A stretch of 64,000 nt of DNA from Antedon mediterranea (Eukaryota; Animalia; Echinodermata), in contig NC_092677.1 of NCBI RefSeq assembly GCF_964355755.1, forward strand, positions 17,754,101-17,818,100. The letters are read 5' to 3'. A program made the translations under genes and the position numbers. Below the pieces are notes generated by a model that saw only the letters and a list, made by a program, of their open reading frames with translations, searched no databases and had not been told where the DNA came from. Positions 1-12,760 of the stretch are shown here, piece after piece (the stretch's first letter is position 1; each line of letters opens with the position of its first letter).

Positions 1-3000
1 GGATCCTACCTTTGAATCAATGAAAACTAGCCGCCAATGTTATTGCAAACCCTATCACAAACGGTTCCTCTTTTGCAGGAAACCGGTATGAATGTTGCGC
101 CCTCTCTTGCATGGCATTTTTCCTGTCGACTTGGTAGTTCAAGTCCATAGTACAGTATTTTTCAGTAAACCTGGTAGTGCAAGTCTCATGTCTCGCACTG
201 CTGCACCTCCCCGGGTGTACGCGATAAACCAGAATTGATGTTTTTATGTCATGGTAAAAACATTATCGAAGGCACATTGTACCCTAAAGTGTTCTACAAT
301 CAATTAGACCTAATAATGTGCTATTTTATTTAAAAACATTATTACTATTTTAACAAAAAGTTGTCCAAAAATGGTCTTTGCATGGATTGGAAGTCTGAAA
401 GTAATTGAATGTTGCATATTGCAATCTTTTAACAGCAAACTTTAAGGAGAACACAGACAAAAAACAATACAGACAAAATACCATTTAAACAAACATATTT
501 CAATTTAATTAAATTGTATGACATCAGTAATTTAAAGACATTCACCTTTTAATATAAATCTAATAAATAATTTTATTTCCTTAATAAAAAGTTCTGTAAC
601 AGCATTTTTTTGGTACTTTGTACAATCCAATGTAATCTAAACTAAGACAGAAACATAGTTTACATGCCAACTGGGCAAGCAATTCAAGTGAGATTTATGA
701 CAAGTAAGGGTTTATGATACTAACTAATCAGTGTGATATAATTAACAAACGACATGAACAAATTTAAAGAACTAGGAAGAGCCAGTACGTCGCGACGTAC
801 ACTTGTTACTATTAAATAAGTCATAACCTCCCGTAAAACATGGTGTGAAGTCTATGGTAACTGATCCAGCTGTGAGATGCTGTATTATGAACTTCAAACT
901 CAGCATTTGGAAGCAGTAAATCTCTCAGCACTATATTGTACTACAACACTACAAGTGAATCTTAACAGTGTTAACTTAATTTCCTTAATTCTTTTTACAT
1001 TAAAGAGACTTTAAAAAAATGAATTTTCCCAAAAATATTTTAATTTTTAACAAGTTATTGCCCAATAATTAAAAAAGATTTTGCTTATTAAAAAAACCCA
1101 ATATAAACAGTTATACTTAACCAGTAGACTTTATTTTTCTTTAAAGTACATTCTTATCAGATAAATTAATTAATTTAAAATAAATAAATTAGCGGACAAT
1201 ACCATAAAGTAATTGTTTAAATGTAAATAAACATAACATTTTATTTGTACTTTTTGATTTAATTTTGAGATAAATTAGACTGTAATTTAAATATTCATAA
1301 ATAATTTTTTAATAAAATAAAAAAAATATATTTTATTGTCATTATTTACTAAGCTGTGTTTATAATATAATGACAGTCATAATCTGTTTGATTTGACAAC
1401 ATAAATGATGAATTTCTTATGAAATTGTAATTGTAGGCCTACCTTTAAGTTGAATTGACCAATGGTATACCTGCTTTCAATCAGTGGACATTTATAACTT
1501 TATTGTACAATTAGGAAGTGACACCCAGTAAAAAAACCACAAAATTGCCAGTCTTTAAATATGGGATTCATCAGTTTAAATCCTTATCTTGAATATGAAG
1601 TAGGTTTTATAATGTATTTTCTAAATCATTACTTTTTTATACTCAATAACCAGCATCCTGAGTTCCAATAAAATTAATAGTCTAAAATAGTTATTTGTTA
1701 AAAAATCAAATCATTCAAAACATTAATATAGCATAATGTAAACAAATTATTTATGCAATAAGTAGTCCTAGATTTTTTTATATCCACCTTAAAAAATTTG
1801 TATTATCCTCCAAAAAAAAAGAAAAGGCTTTTTTGCTTAGAATAAAGATTTATATGATAAAAAGACAAAATAAAATGTATTGAAATGTAAACAAAAAAAG
1901 CTAATTGTCTGACAGACAATTGAAAATGTTTTGTTTTAAAAACCGTTTTTCAGGTAAATATTTTTTTCCCCGTTTTTTTTTTGGAAAAGTGAATTTAAAT
2001 TAGTATGTGCCTTTAAAATGGACAGTTAAAAAATTTTTTCAGTATAATATCATCCATCCGTAGGTGGGTAGTGTTTTATTTTGTATCATTTATGTATTAA
2101 ATGTGTTTCATTTTAATACAAAGAAAATCATTGAAACATTCTACAAATATTCTGTAGAATACTGTACAGTATTTCTTTTCCCCAGTGACCTTCTGAAGGT
2201 CAAATAAATGCAACACTTGTGCACCCCAACTAGAGTCACTTTTCATCCTACAGAGTCCTACTTTTATATTATATAGGCAGTTCATTGGAATTTGGAATAA
2301 ATTATAAAAAGCAATGATCAAATTTTTAAAACAGATACTAAACAATAAATTTTGATTGTAATATATTTATTATTAGCCTACTGTATGTGTAAATCAAATT
2401 ATACATATGTTTTGTTTAAACGAGACAATATGTTTTTAATTGATATTCTAACACAATGTCAATGTAATTCAGTTAGATATCCAGTGATAGGTAATATTAT
2501 CTGCCTTGCTACCTGGCTCCCACTACACATCTCAATCAATATTAAAATAAAGATTGAGGCTATTAGAGAATAACTTCGTGATTAATGTATTGTATTGTTT
2601 CTTGTTGTAAATAGTTTTAGTTTCATTTAGCTTAGTTAATCATGCTTTCTTTTTTTCTTCTTTTAAAAAATAAAAAAAAAATTATATATGCAATATATTT
2701 CAAAATATTATATAATAAAATATAAATAATCCACTTTATCATTTGTTAAAAGCATTTACGGTAAGAATAGAATTAAAACACCAAACTCTAAAGCTGGTGG
2801 CGATGGATACTATTTAACCGATTGTTTGCATGCAGAAGAAAAAACATTTTGGAGAAGAAACTTTATTCTAATTGTAGAAACATTATTAATACATCAGGAT
2901 ATTCATTAAGAATTAATATTTATATTTGTTAGACTTTTTAAAGTGTAAAATGAACCAGTTGTGACATCATGTGTATTACTATATCAAAGCACAAGGTTCT

Positions 3001-3783
3001 ATTATATGATATGAGTTATAGCATTCTATCATTAAATTTTGGATTTAACATTATTTAATAATTACACACAATGGCCAATTTACTTTTTTGTTATCCTTAT
3101 TTCAATTTATTTTTCCGAATTGCATGGGATTGGAAAATAAAGAAAATATTTATAATGAAGCAAGGTGGAAGGAAAACCCAAAAGAGCAATGCTTCTAAGA
3201 TGAAGTATTTTGTCTATTTTAACTTAAAAATGCAGTGTTGCTTCCAGTTTATAATTTTTAATATAAACTAACAAAGTACGAAATTGTTAAACAATTAGTA
3301 ACATATAGTTTGCTTTTGCTGTCATCCTTCCAACCATTTTTTATTTTGGAATAATTTCTCCATATTATATTTATAATTGCTTTTGAAGATTATTTTCCTC
3401 CTAAAAAAAATAATTTGTAAAGTAATAGTCATAATAATTTTACCAAAAATAGTAATAGGCCATTAATGTCATAAAACAATATTTTGAACATAAATTGGAT
3501 AGGTTTTTGTTAGGACATTGTTCATGCCTTATCAAGTTGGTAAAATAACTGAAAATTATTATAAAAAGCTACGGCACAATTACAAAATCAACCAATCAAA
3601 TGCTAAGATTAGAATGCATAGCTGATGTGTTAACAGTATACACATTTATGTGTAGTTTTTATCCATTGTTTTTCTTTATTGTAACATTAAAAAGAAATCA
3701 CATTTGTTTATAAAATATAGGTCATGTGTTAAATTATTACTAATTAATAATAAACAAATACTTCAGTTACACTAAATAAATAA

Positions 3784-4789
3784 GGGCCTGTTCAGACCTA
3801 CGGAGTTATGCTTTCGTATTGTACGCGGCGTACAAATCCATAGGTCTGAACCAGGAAAAGATTAGTGGAAGCCACCTCGTACGACACTGATATTTCGTAC
3901 GCTACGAAAGCTCAAGGTATGAGTTTAGTGGACGTCGCTTACAATACGAAAGTCACGCATCGATGAATATGACCTAGGTTAGATATCTAGCCAATCAAAT
4001 TACAATATTCGCCACATCACATCGTGACATGTGCTCATTGTATAGCCAAGCTGATCCATTTGTTGTGATCGGTGAACGTGTGAAAAAATCGTACCTTTTG
4101 TTGTTACACTATACAGTATTATTATTATTATTATATTAATTAATTTAAAATGACATCAAAGCGTGCGCATTGGCGAGAAACCGAAGTAAAATACCTTATT
4201 TCATTGTGGGGAAGCCCTGAGTTCAGAGATCGGTTGGAAGTGAAAAACTGGCGTAAAAGCACCGGCAACAAGATGTCTGTCTGTGTTCAACGACATGGTG
4301 GACACGTTAGCAGACGGGCCATCCTCATAAAGAAGGATTTAATATCCAAACAAAATTGAAGGGGTCGTCGTATTAAAGCGGCGAAAGACCGAGTAAATAA
4401 ATCTGGAGCCGGTGCAAGCATGCTCCATGGTGCAAGTACGGGATTTGAAAATTTTTTGCTGCCATAAATGATATTTTAGGTCATAGACCAAATATAAACC
4501 CAAACCCCAAAACGATCGGCTGGTTGGTATGCCTGACAACCAATCGATAATGCCGAGCCCAAGTGTTCGGTCTAGGCCTGTAACTCCCAAACCAACCACT
4601 ACTACTTTTAATAACAAAGGTAGGTCTATGCGTGCGTTAGAGTTTGGTTAATCGCCAGCGAGTGACATCATATCCGTTTGTAACGCAACTTCGTTGCAAT
4701 GAATCTGAACACTTTGCTCTTACGACGCTCATTAAAATATGACCTTGGCTGTGATACGAAAGCATAACTCCGTAGGTCTGAACATACCC
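3784..4789 (+). mobile_element. Non-autonomous PIF/Harbinger DNA transposon carrying a Myb/SANT remnant
   Basis: About 36-bp TIRs: GGGCCTGTTCAGACCTACGGAGTTATGCTTTCGTAT at 3784 and its near-perfect reverse complement ending at 4789. TAA target duplication at 3781-3783 and 4790-4792. CGTACG/TACGAAAG-rich subterminal motifs. Confidence 0.9.
4150..4480 (+). pseudogene. Degenerate Myb/SANT-like (trihelix) DNA-binding protein of the Harbinger element
   Basis: MTSKRAHWRETEVKYLISLWGSPEFRDRLE matches the W-x3-E-x3-LIxLW start of Myb_DNA-bind_4 domains. The frame stops at 4359 and the 3' boundary is approximate. Confidence 0.65.
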
Positions 4790-5400
4790 TAAGACCTGAA
4801 GAATTTTAGAAAGTAACCTTGTTTATGTTTCTGTAACAGATTATTTTCACTTTTGCTTAAAATACTACCACTTTTCTTTACACTCTGGCCCCTGTGTTAC
4901 ATGATTAAATTTTTAAACTGGTAAAAATAATCGGAAACATAATAAATTTGAATTCTATTAGGTCATTAAACATTTCCTTATACATGAATTACACCTATAC
5001 AGAATTCTTACAAAATATAACATTTTGAAAACAATCGTTTGGTATGAACGTGTGGAAATGTTTTTGTTTTAAATCAAGGTTTAAGTATAAGCAGTGATTG
5101 CAATACATTACATACCATAACAAAAACTGTATGAATGCGTTATAATTATACCGATATAAATTACCAAAACTCTTTTTTTTACAATTACAATTGATTTTTC
5201 TAAAAAAAAAGATAGGCCCTATATGTATAATGACGCCACTTGACAACTGAGAAGCCATATTATTCTATTATAAATTGCAACACATTTTATTTGTAAACAA
5301 ACTAACTATACCACTGACAGAGAAGTAAAAGATATATTTCAATAAATTTAAACCAATCCAATATACCAAAGAGTACTATTTTTTGTATTTTGTATTAATA

Positions 5401-5710
5401 TTTGTCCTCAGTGAGGAAATTCGGATTAGGCCCTCCACGGACCCACGGCAGCCAGCAGTGCAGCGCCTACCAGATTAGGCAATGAGAGTAAAGCATCTTG
5501 CCTAAGGATGCAATTAGTATGGTACAGATAACCTCGAACCCATGCCTATCACATGCTAGTCCGATATTACCATTACACCATCACTCTCCAGTATTATACA
5601 GCACCCGCCACGATTTCTAGACGGTCTCCCATCCAGAACGCAACCGGGCCCAACGTTGCTTAACTTCGGTGATCTGACGAGAACCGGTGTTTCAACGCAG
5701 TATGGCCGTA
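5401..5710 (-). mobile_element. 5S rRNA/tRNA-headed SINE, internally deleted copy
   Basis: Minus strand begins TACGGCCATACTGCGTTGAAACACCGGTTCTCGTCAGATCACCGAAGTTAAGCAACG (5S-like), followed by a tRNA-like A/B-box segment. Near-identical to 8285-8722 but lacks about 108 bp of the body. Confidence 0.9.
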
Positions 5711-6089
5711 CAAGATTAATAATTTTTGTGTTTTTGTTCTCTGAATCTTGCATTTGCCTTTCGACACAAGATTTAAAACAGTAATTTTAACCTCAACCCA
5801 GACTACTTTTCTCTAAACCCATGTTTGTCTAATTAATAAAGACAATCGGCCACCCATGTACAGTTATCTTGTACCCAGTAAAAGGTAATTCAACTTTTGA
5901 ACTATCAATTAATAAATTAGATTAAATGCTAATGAGATTAGGTGCGATGTTCATTATCAAATGCATGTTCTTTTTGATGGACTTTCTTTATTTTTACTGT
6001 AAAAGGTTATTTATAAAACAACAAGTAAAGTGATATTGACAGCAAATAAAACAGAAGTATAAGTTGACTTCTGTACCTATCAATGTATT

Positions 6090-6230
6090 TTACTCTTGGG
6101 TCATTTCTGACTAGTGTCTGACTATGTTTCTGACTATGTGTCTGTTTTTTACTATCTGTTTATAACTATGTGTGTGTTTCTGACTATGGGTCTGTCTCTT
6201 ACTATTTGTTTCTGACTATGAGTCTATTTT
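6090..6230. repeat. Degenerate ~18-bp minisatellite (TGTTTCTGACTATGGGTC-like), left block
   Basis: Repeated CTGACTATG/TTTCTGAC units; the same unit resumes at 6748-6830. Confidence 0.75.
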
Positions 6231-6233
6231 CAC

Positions 6234-6505
6234 ACTGCTGCTCTAGCCAGCTATGTCCCACGAGGACTACTCATTCAGAAGCCAAAGCAAGCAGCAGTTA
6301 TAGTATCTAAGGCCGACAGTTTTGCGACTTTGTAAATTCGACTATAATTTATAGATCCCAGCTGCTGGACCCAAAAAACGTCTGGGAAAAGAGAGTCTAT
6401 GAGGGCTCACGGTTGAACGATTTGGGATTCTCGCCCTTTGATTGGTTGACGCGAATCAACCGACTGGGAAGAATTTTCTCACTTGTATCACCGTGAAGTC
6501 ACGTT
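6234..6505 (+). mobile_element. Unclassified dispersed repeat, copy 1
   Basis: Aligns in inverted orientation with 27150-27382 (TAGCCAGCTAT...GAGGACTACTCATTCAGAAGC...GGGCTCACGGTTGAACGATTT...CGCCCTTTGATTGGTTGAC). Confidence 0.8.
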
Positions 6506-6747
6506 GTCTCTGGTATTCAGTTGCATGCCTACAAGTTGAGGTCACACACACACACAGCACATTAAAGTTCAAAATTGACCATTTTTAAATGGGCATGTGA
6601 TTCATAATTAAGGAACTATGTTTGATTTGTATGTATTTTTGCAATTAAAGGATATCTTTTTAATAATTAATCATAAATATATCTGAAGAAAGAACAATGA
6701 TTCATTTTAAAATGTCAAGCAGCGTTTTTTGTAAGAAATATTTCTTA

Positions 6748-6830
6748 TTTACTCTGGGTCTGTTTCTGACTATGGGTCTGTTTCTGATTATTGGTCTGTT
6801 TCTCACTATGTGTTTCTGACAATGTTTCTG
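6748..6830. repeat. Same minisatellite, right block
   Basis: GGGTCTGTTTCTGACTAT units. Confidence 0.75.
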
Positions 6831-7505
6831 TTCCTTAACTTTTTTAAAAAGCATTCTCAAAAAAGAAACCTTTAAATTTATCCGGTTTTTGCTTCAAATA
6901 AAATGGGATAATTCAATCAAATACTTTTTAACTGGTAATTTACTACCTGATCAGCAGCAGAAACAGGCCTTAATGCTGTGCCTGGTTAGTAACCTGGAGG
7001 TTGTGGGTTTGAGTCCCACCAGGGAACAAAGCATTGATGAATATATCAAATTAATCAATAAAGGTTTAGTTTTTAATAAACATTCATAAACCAAAAATAT
7101 TCTATTTTACTAAAGCTCCAGTTAAAAGTTTACAATTGACCGATTACTTTCTCAACTTTATTGTTTTGATATAAACAATTTCAATATACAACTCTCTTTC
7201 ATTATTGGCACACTATATCACTAAATCTTATTAATTTAAATAATTTATTATAACATAATAATCTTTATATGGCACAATGTAATACATCATATTTTATATG
7301 ACAAGTATTCAATCTTTTTCCATATTATCTTTCGTTCCCAGTAGAACTTTTCCCTCAATCATTTCAATTACTTTTTGACAATAGAATTTATGGGACTGTG
7401 TTTAAACATTTGTGGTAATTTCTTTAAGTACCCTGACAGGTTCTGGTGACAAGGTTGTGATCTGTTGAATAAATGTTTGTGCAAAGTACTTCTGACTTTT
7501 TTTAA

Positions 7506-7778
7506 AATGTATTGTTCCCCCCAAATCATGAAGGTTAATTTTTTTAAAGACTTAAAATAGGCCATTTCACAGTTTTAAACAAAAATTTCAAAATAAACAG
7601 TTAAAATCATCCAACCAAGACTTCCACCAGTCAATTTGGCAATTCTTTTGTGCCAAATTGCACCTTTTTTCAGGTACATCATTTTTGTTTTCTAAGTAAA
7701 TAGCTATTATGAGACATTAAAATAGCATATTAAACAAAAACAAAACAAAAATTATTTTTTCAGGGGGACAATATATCT
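7506..7778. mobile_element. TTAA-target MITE (Kolobok-like), diverged copy
   Basis: Termini ttaa|AATGTATTGTTCCCC ... GGGGGACAATATATCT|ctaa; internal similarity to 53258-53593. Confidence 0.7.
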
Positions 7779-8284
7779 CTAAACAAAGTTTTCTACACAT
7801 AATATACATTTTCTTATAATATTCAAAATATAGTTGAAAATAATAAGCAGACACCCTAGTGTTTGAGTAAAGTTGTTTGACATCATTTGGTTCAGAATGA
7901 TTTTAAATATTTTTGTATACAAATTAAAAAAATTGTTCACTATAAAAAAAAAAAATTGAAAAAAGAAGATGGCTGCTTAAGTATAATATTTCAAAGAACA
8001 AAGGGGCTATGAGAGTGACTGTTGGAAGACTGTGATTATGAGAGGTCACGTATACACAATCTATATTATATGTATATAAGCCCATGGAGTAATTCATAAT
8101 TCTTCCATAAGCTTCCTAATTACATGTACATTTTACACATTTACACATGTCACATTTTATATCTTATTTGTTTTGTGTATTTGCATTGTGTTTCAGTAAA
8201 AAAACGGCTACTACTGTAAGGAAACATTTTTTTTGTACTGTGAAGTAATATTTATTTGAATAATATTTTATTATTTTTTTATTT

Positions 8285-8722
8285 ATATATATTTGTCCTC
8301 AAGCTTAACTGGAAACTGAGGAAATTCGGATTAGGCCCTCCACGGACCCACGGCAGCCAGCAGTGCAGCGCCTACCATATCAGCACACCGGGAGACGATC
8401 CCCTACTCTTTTCGAATAGTGTACCAAGTTCTTTAACGTGCACTGTTAAGTACACGGGACCAAAGGCTTTACATCCCATCCGAAGGATGAGGCAATGAGA
8501 GTAAAGCATCTTGCCTAAGGATGCAATTAGTATGGTACAGATAACCTCGAACCCATGCCTATCACATGCGAGTCCGATATTACCATTACACCATCACTCT
8601 CCAGTATATACAGCACCCGCCGCGATTTCTGGACGGTCTCCCATCCAGAACGCAACCGGGCCCAACGTTGCTTAACTTCGGTGATCTGACGAGAACCGGT
8701 GTTTCAACGCAGTATGGCCGTA
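8285..8722 (-). mobile_element. Full-length chimeric 5S rRNA + tRNA + Deu-domain SINE (DeuSINE/SINE3-like)
   Basis: 5S-derived head at about 8722-8607. tRNA-like part with TGGTGTAATGG A-box and GGTTCGAGG B-box. Deu-like body CCTTCGGATGGGATGTAAAG...CACGTTAAAGAAC...CACTATTCGAAAAGAGTAGGGG...CCCGGTGT. AT-rich tail. Candidate TSD AGTAATATTTA at 8244-8254 and 8724-8734. Confidence 0.9.
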
Positions 8723-9103
8723 TAGTAATATTTAATTACTTGCATATCTACAGACGTACCACCATTTACAAAATTCAAAATGTTCTAGCAATACTTTTAA
8801 ATTCGTAAATTATTAACAAGTGGACTTGCCTTTTGAACTTCAGATTACGGATGGTACCTAAAACTTGCAAGAATTCAAAATATAGTGTAACATGTTCTGT
8901 ATTTATTTTTGTTACAATGAATTTTACTGACCGCATACATTGCATACTTATAATAAGCATTTAGCCTACCAGACGTATGGAGTGTTAAACTTAATTTCAA
9001 TTCTTTATGTATAGAAAATGAGACTTCAATTGTAACTCCTGCATATATTATAATTTTACATACGTTTGACAAGTTTCCTCGGCGCTGTTGAAAAATCTGT
9101 TAA

Positions 9104-9137
9104 TCAGCGGGGCTCATACCCGGGTACTAATGCTAGT
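9104..9137 (+). mobile_element. Possible Helitron 3' terminus
   Basis: GC-rich hairpin-like CGGGGCTCATACCCG about 11 nt upstream of CTAG|T; no 5' end identified. Confidence 0.3.
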
Positions 9138-10834
9138 GTTATAGTAAAAAAAAGTAAAATAAATTAGTGTTGAAAAATAATTGGGAGAAACAACCAAAAC
9201 TTCATTTTTTGTGTGTATTGATTGATTGATTATTTATTTAATTATTGATTGATTGGAAAATATTGCATCATGGTCACATCCATAATTTTTCAAAATAGCG
9301 AAATTTGTAATTAAGATTAGGAAATAGTTTGATAAAACAAATCTTCCACATTCCTTGAAAGCCTATTAAATATATGAAGAATGTAAGATTATAATGTGTA
9401 TATAATATGGAATTTTTTATTTAAAAAAAAAGTAAAGTTGCGGAGGACATGGTCAGTTGGATACTCTGGCCTCTCTGTCAGATGTTATTGAAAGAAGACT
9501 CTCTCAATAAATTCTATATGGAAAACAACCCAGTAAAATAAAAGCTGCAGAATTATTAAAAAGTAATTACTCAAGTGATCAAAGATCAATCATTTAGAAA
9601 ATAAATATATTCCTTTATTAACAAATTACATTAATTTAACTAAGCTACTTAAAACTAATAAATTATCAAGTTTTTAATTAACGACAAAAGCATTGTGTGA
9701 TCAATCGTTTTAAGAACAGAACTTAAAACAGCATGTTATGTGACTACTACCTAAATACACTAGATTATGTTCTGAAATTAATTAACAAGCATAATCACTG
9801 TAACAATCTCATCATTGCTTATTCATCACAGTAGACAAATATTTATACAAGTGAGCTTTAAATATTGTTTAATAAAAAAACTTATCTGTTGTTGATGTTA
9901 CAAAGTACAAAATTTTACCACAATTATGTATTTAAAGTGCGCTATCTGCTTTACCAACAAGTGGAGACTTTCACATATCTCTTATCATCTACGTCTGTTG
10001 TAGACTTCTGTATATTAAACAATTATCAACAAAATTATCAGATTGATAGGAAAATCATAATTGCTTAAACTGCGAGTTCATTTGTTCTGTAGCTAGGTCA
10101 GGAATTAAATGTCGATAAACCTACCGTTAACAAGTTAAATGACATGTATGATAAAGCGATATTGGCGTCTTTCATATATATCATATCTACTTCTCATTGT
10201 CTGGACATAAATGACCAAACAATATTCAAGTGCATACATATAGGTGCGATAAATCTAATTAGAATACAGTGTCACGTATTTCACACTTAACCTCGGTGAA
10301 AAATCAACAGCTGATTTAAACAACCTACTATGTAAAACGCTTCGGAAACGGTATTGTGGTTGTCGTTTATTTAAACAGTCAATAACATTACATCGACATC
10401 GAATTAACACTTGGTGTTGTCTCACCGCTCATTTGCTTGATTGATAAGTTATATCTAATCAAGTAAATTCAAGTAGATTACGACCGCTGTCAGTCTTGCG
10501 ATATTCCACGTGAAATGTAACTGATAAGATGTAACTTGACATACAAAAGTATGGATATCAAATTGTTGGAATCTTGTCTCACCAAGGAGCAAACAAAATA
10601 AAAAAAGAAAATTGTGTTTGTAATATAAACTAATTATTAATTAAGAAATTATTTTGGAAAAACCGATTCGAATGAAAACAAACTGTTAAAAAATATAAAT
10701 TATAGGCCTCTAAAAAATATACAATATATTTCACAATGGTTTAGTAAAGTTATAAACATATACAATAAAAACCTTTTAAAAACATTTTGTTCAGTTAGCC
10801 TCTTGTTTAAATGGTAGTAAACATAATACAGTAT

Positions 10835-11330
10835 ACAGGTTTATAACCTTGGTTCAAGCCAATCAGACGCGCTGAAATGAATCACGTGAGCGCTCTTTAT
10901 TTCTTTACTATTACTGGTGCAAAAAGCATGCAGCCAAAAAGCATAACAGCACTCTGCGTGTAAATCATATGCAGTTTACTGATCGCGCTAGCTACACGCT
11001 GCATGATTTACCAGTACGAACCAGTCGTTTACATGGCGGACGATTTAAAAAATTATATAAAAGAAACACACACCACTTGTATATCTTGTCTGGTACATGA
11101 CTGTTTTGTGACGGCTAGGCTAGGGGGTGATTTGGTCGCCAAATAGATTGATGCTTGCTGCAGTAAGCCTATGTTCCTACCTAGGCTAAAAGGTAAATGA
11201 AAATAGTTCATAGACCCATGTTATAAAACAAATAATGCACAAGTCTAAGGTTATTCACAATGTTTACCATTGTAAATACCCTCTCTACCACTCCACTAAC
11301 GCACTCTGACTTGTGCATTATTTGTATAAT
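10835..11330. mobile_element. Non-autonomous DNA element, possibly Crypton-like
   Basis: CpG-rich island ending in a 17-bp inverted repeat, CAAATAATGCACAAGTC (11229-11245) and GACTTGTGCATTATTTG (11308-11324). No TSD seen; the class is inferred. Confidence 0.45.
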
Positions 11331-12530
11331 ATTAGGTTCTTGTTGGGGATATAAATTAACCAATTTTATTGCAATGTATAAATATCAGGGGCGTCTCCAA
11401 CCAAAGCCTATTTAGTCTCCGCCTAAATATCGAAGCCTAAAATAACATTTTGATAAATTATCAATGTCGCCCTCTAGTGCTCAAAAACTAAACATGCAGT
11501 ACTGAGTTTTAAGTAACAATGATTAGGTTCAGTTTAACTTGTTTATCAAAACAATTTATTTGTCATTCGTTTAATTTGTTAATTTTGTGGGTTTTAAGTT
11601 TTGCATTTTATTGCGCACAAGCACCACTGTTATAAAGGTATCGTTTTTGAAAATAAAATTTTCAAAATATATAAATCAATAAAATTATCTTATCAAAATT
11701 ACAAAATGTTTAGTCTTTTGAAATAAGGTCCCATAATGTTTAAATTAGCTTTGAATTCTTCTTGTTGTCTTATGTGTTTTTAAATATATTCTATTAGCTG
11801 TAAGTGGCAGCATGGAGGTATTATTTTATACCTCCATGGCGGCAGGCCCTGTCGAGTGCGAATTGAAATATAAATTTTGAAGAAAAAATATATAAAAAAA
11901 AAAAATATATCTTACTTCAATATTAAACATTAAAATGATTATTTAGCCACGACTCTGACATCTCAACTCGTTTACATCAATGCAGCCTTTATGAAGATGT
12001 GAATGTCAACACTACTTTGGGTACAAGTATGAAATATTTTCATACAGAAATCTACATTTGGTGTAAATTATTAATAATTTCAACAAACACTGTAAAATTC
12101 AACAATTTACTGTAAACAAACCCAAACTCACTATTATTAAATTTCCACAATAAAATTAATCAAATTTTAGAAAAATCACAAACGTGTGAAAATAAAGTGC
12201 TATTCTATCACTAACCTCTGACTATGAACTACTTGTAAAATAATTAGCCATAGTTAATTAGATCATGATGCAACAAATGATTAGATCATTACACTATGAC
12301 CTATTAATTAGTTAATGGTTCAAAGTAAATGAACAAATGATTTGGTAATTGTGAATATATTTCTTTGTTCCAAACATAATTGTACTTGTTGAGTATGTTG
12401 TATTGTTTAATTTCTTTATTCTCATTAAAAAAATGTGCAGACCATTCTTTTGTGTTTAATTTGTTTGTTTTTTACATATATTTAGTTTTATTGGCAGGAT
12501 TAGCAGTGAATTTACAGTGAAACACTAAAT

Positions 12531-12760
12531 AAACAAGAAATATTTCTTACAAAAAAAACAACTCGACTTTTTGACGTAACAGTTTTAATCATTGCTCTAT
12601 CTTCATTATGGTGCTTTTTAATTGATATTCTATCTACTAATTTAAGAAATAATTATTTATTATCAATTATTTTTTACAATCAGTAGTAAACATTTTGTAT
12701 AATATAAATATAGACTTAAACTATTATAGTACTTTACATATTCCAGGGTAGAGGTGTTAC
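12531..12760 (-). mobile_element. HINE-like dispersed repeat family copy
   Basis: AACAAGAAATATTTCTTACAAAAAA terminus (palindromic hairpin plus CTTGTT end on the minus strand). Shared with 26551-26760 and, inverted, with about 6640-6750 and 19550-19800. Confidence 0.7.

Noticed and set aside
6975-7025. tRNA gene
   Set aside because: Only a B-box-like 3' half is present; probably a SINE head remnant.
8607-8722. 5S rRNA gene (also 5595-5710)
   Set aside because: The 3' half diverges from 5S, there is no T-run terminator, and it is fused to a tRNA-like segment and SINE body, so it is a SINE head.
8256-8808. ORFs 8256-8498, 8566-8808 and 5556-5753
   Set aside because: Chance reading frames across the SINE sequence.
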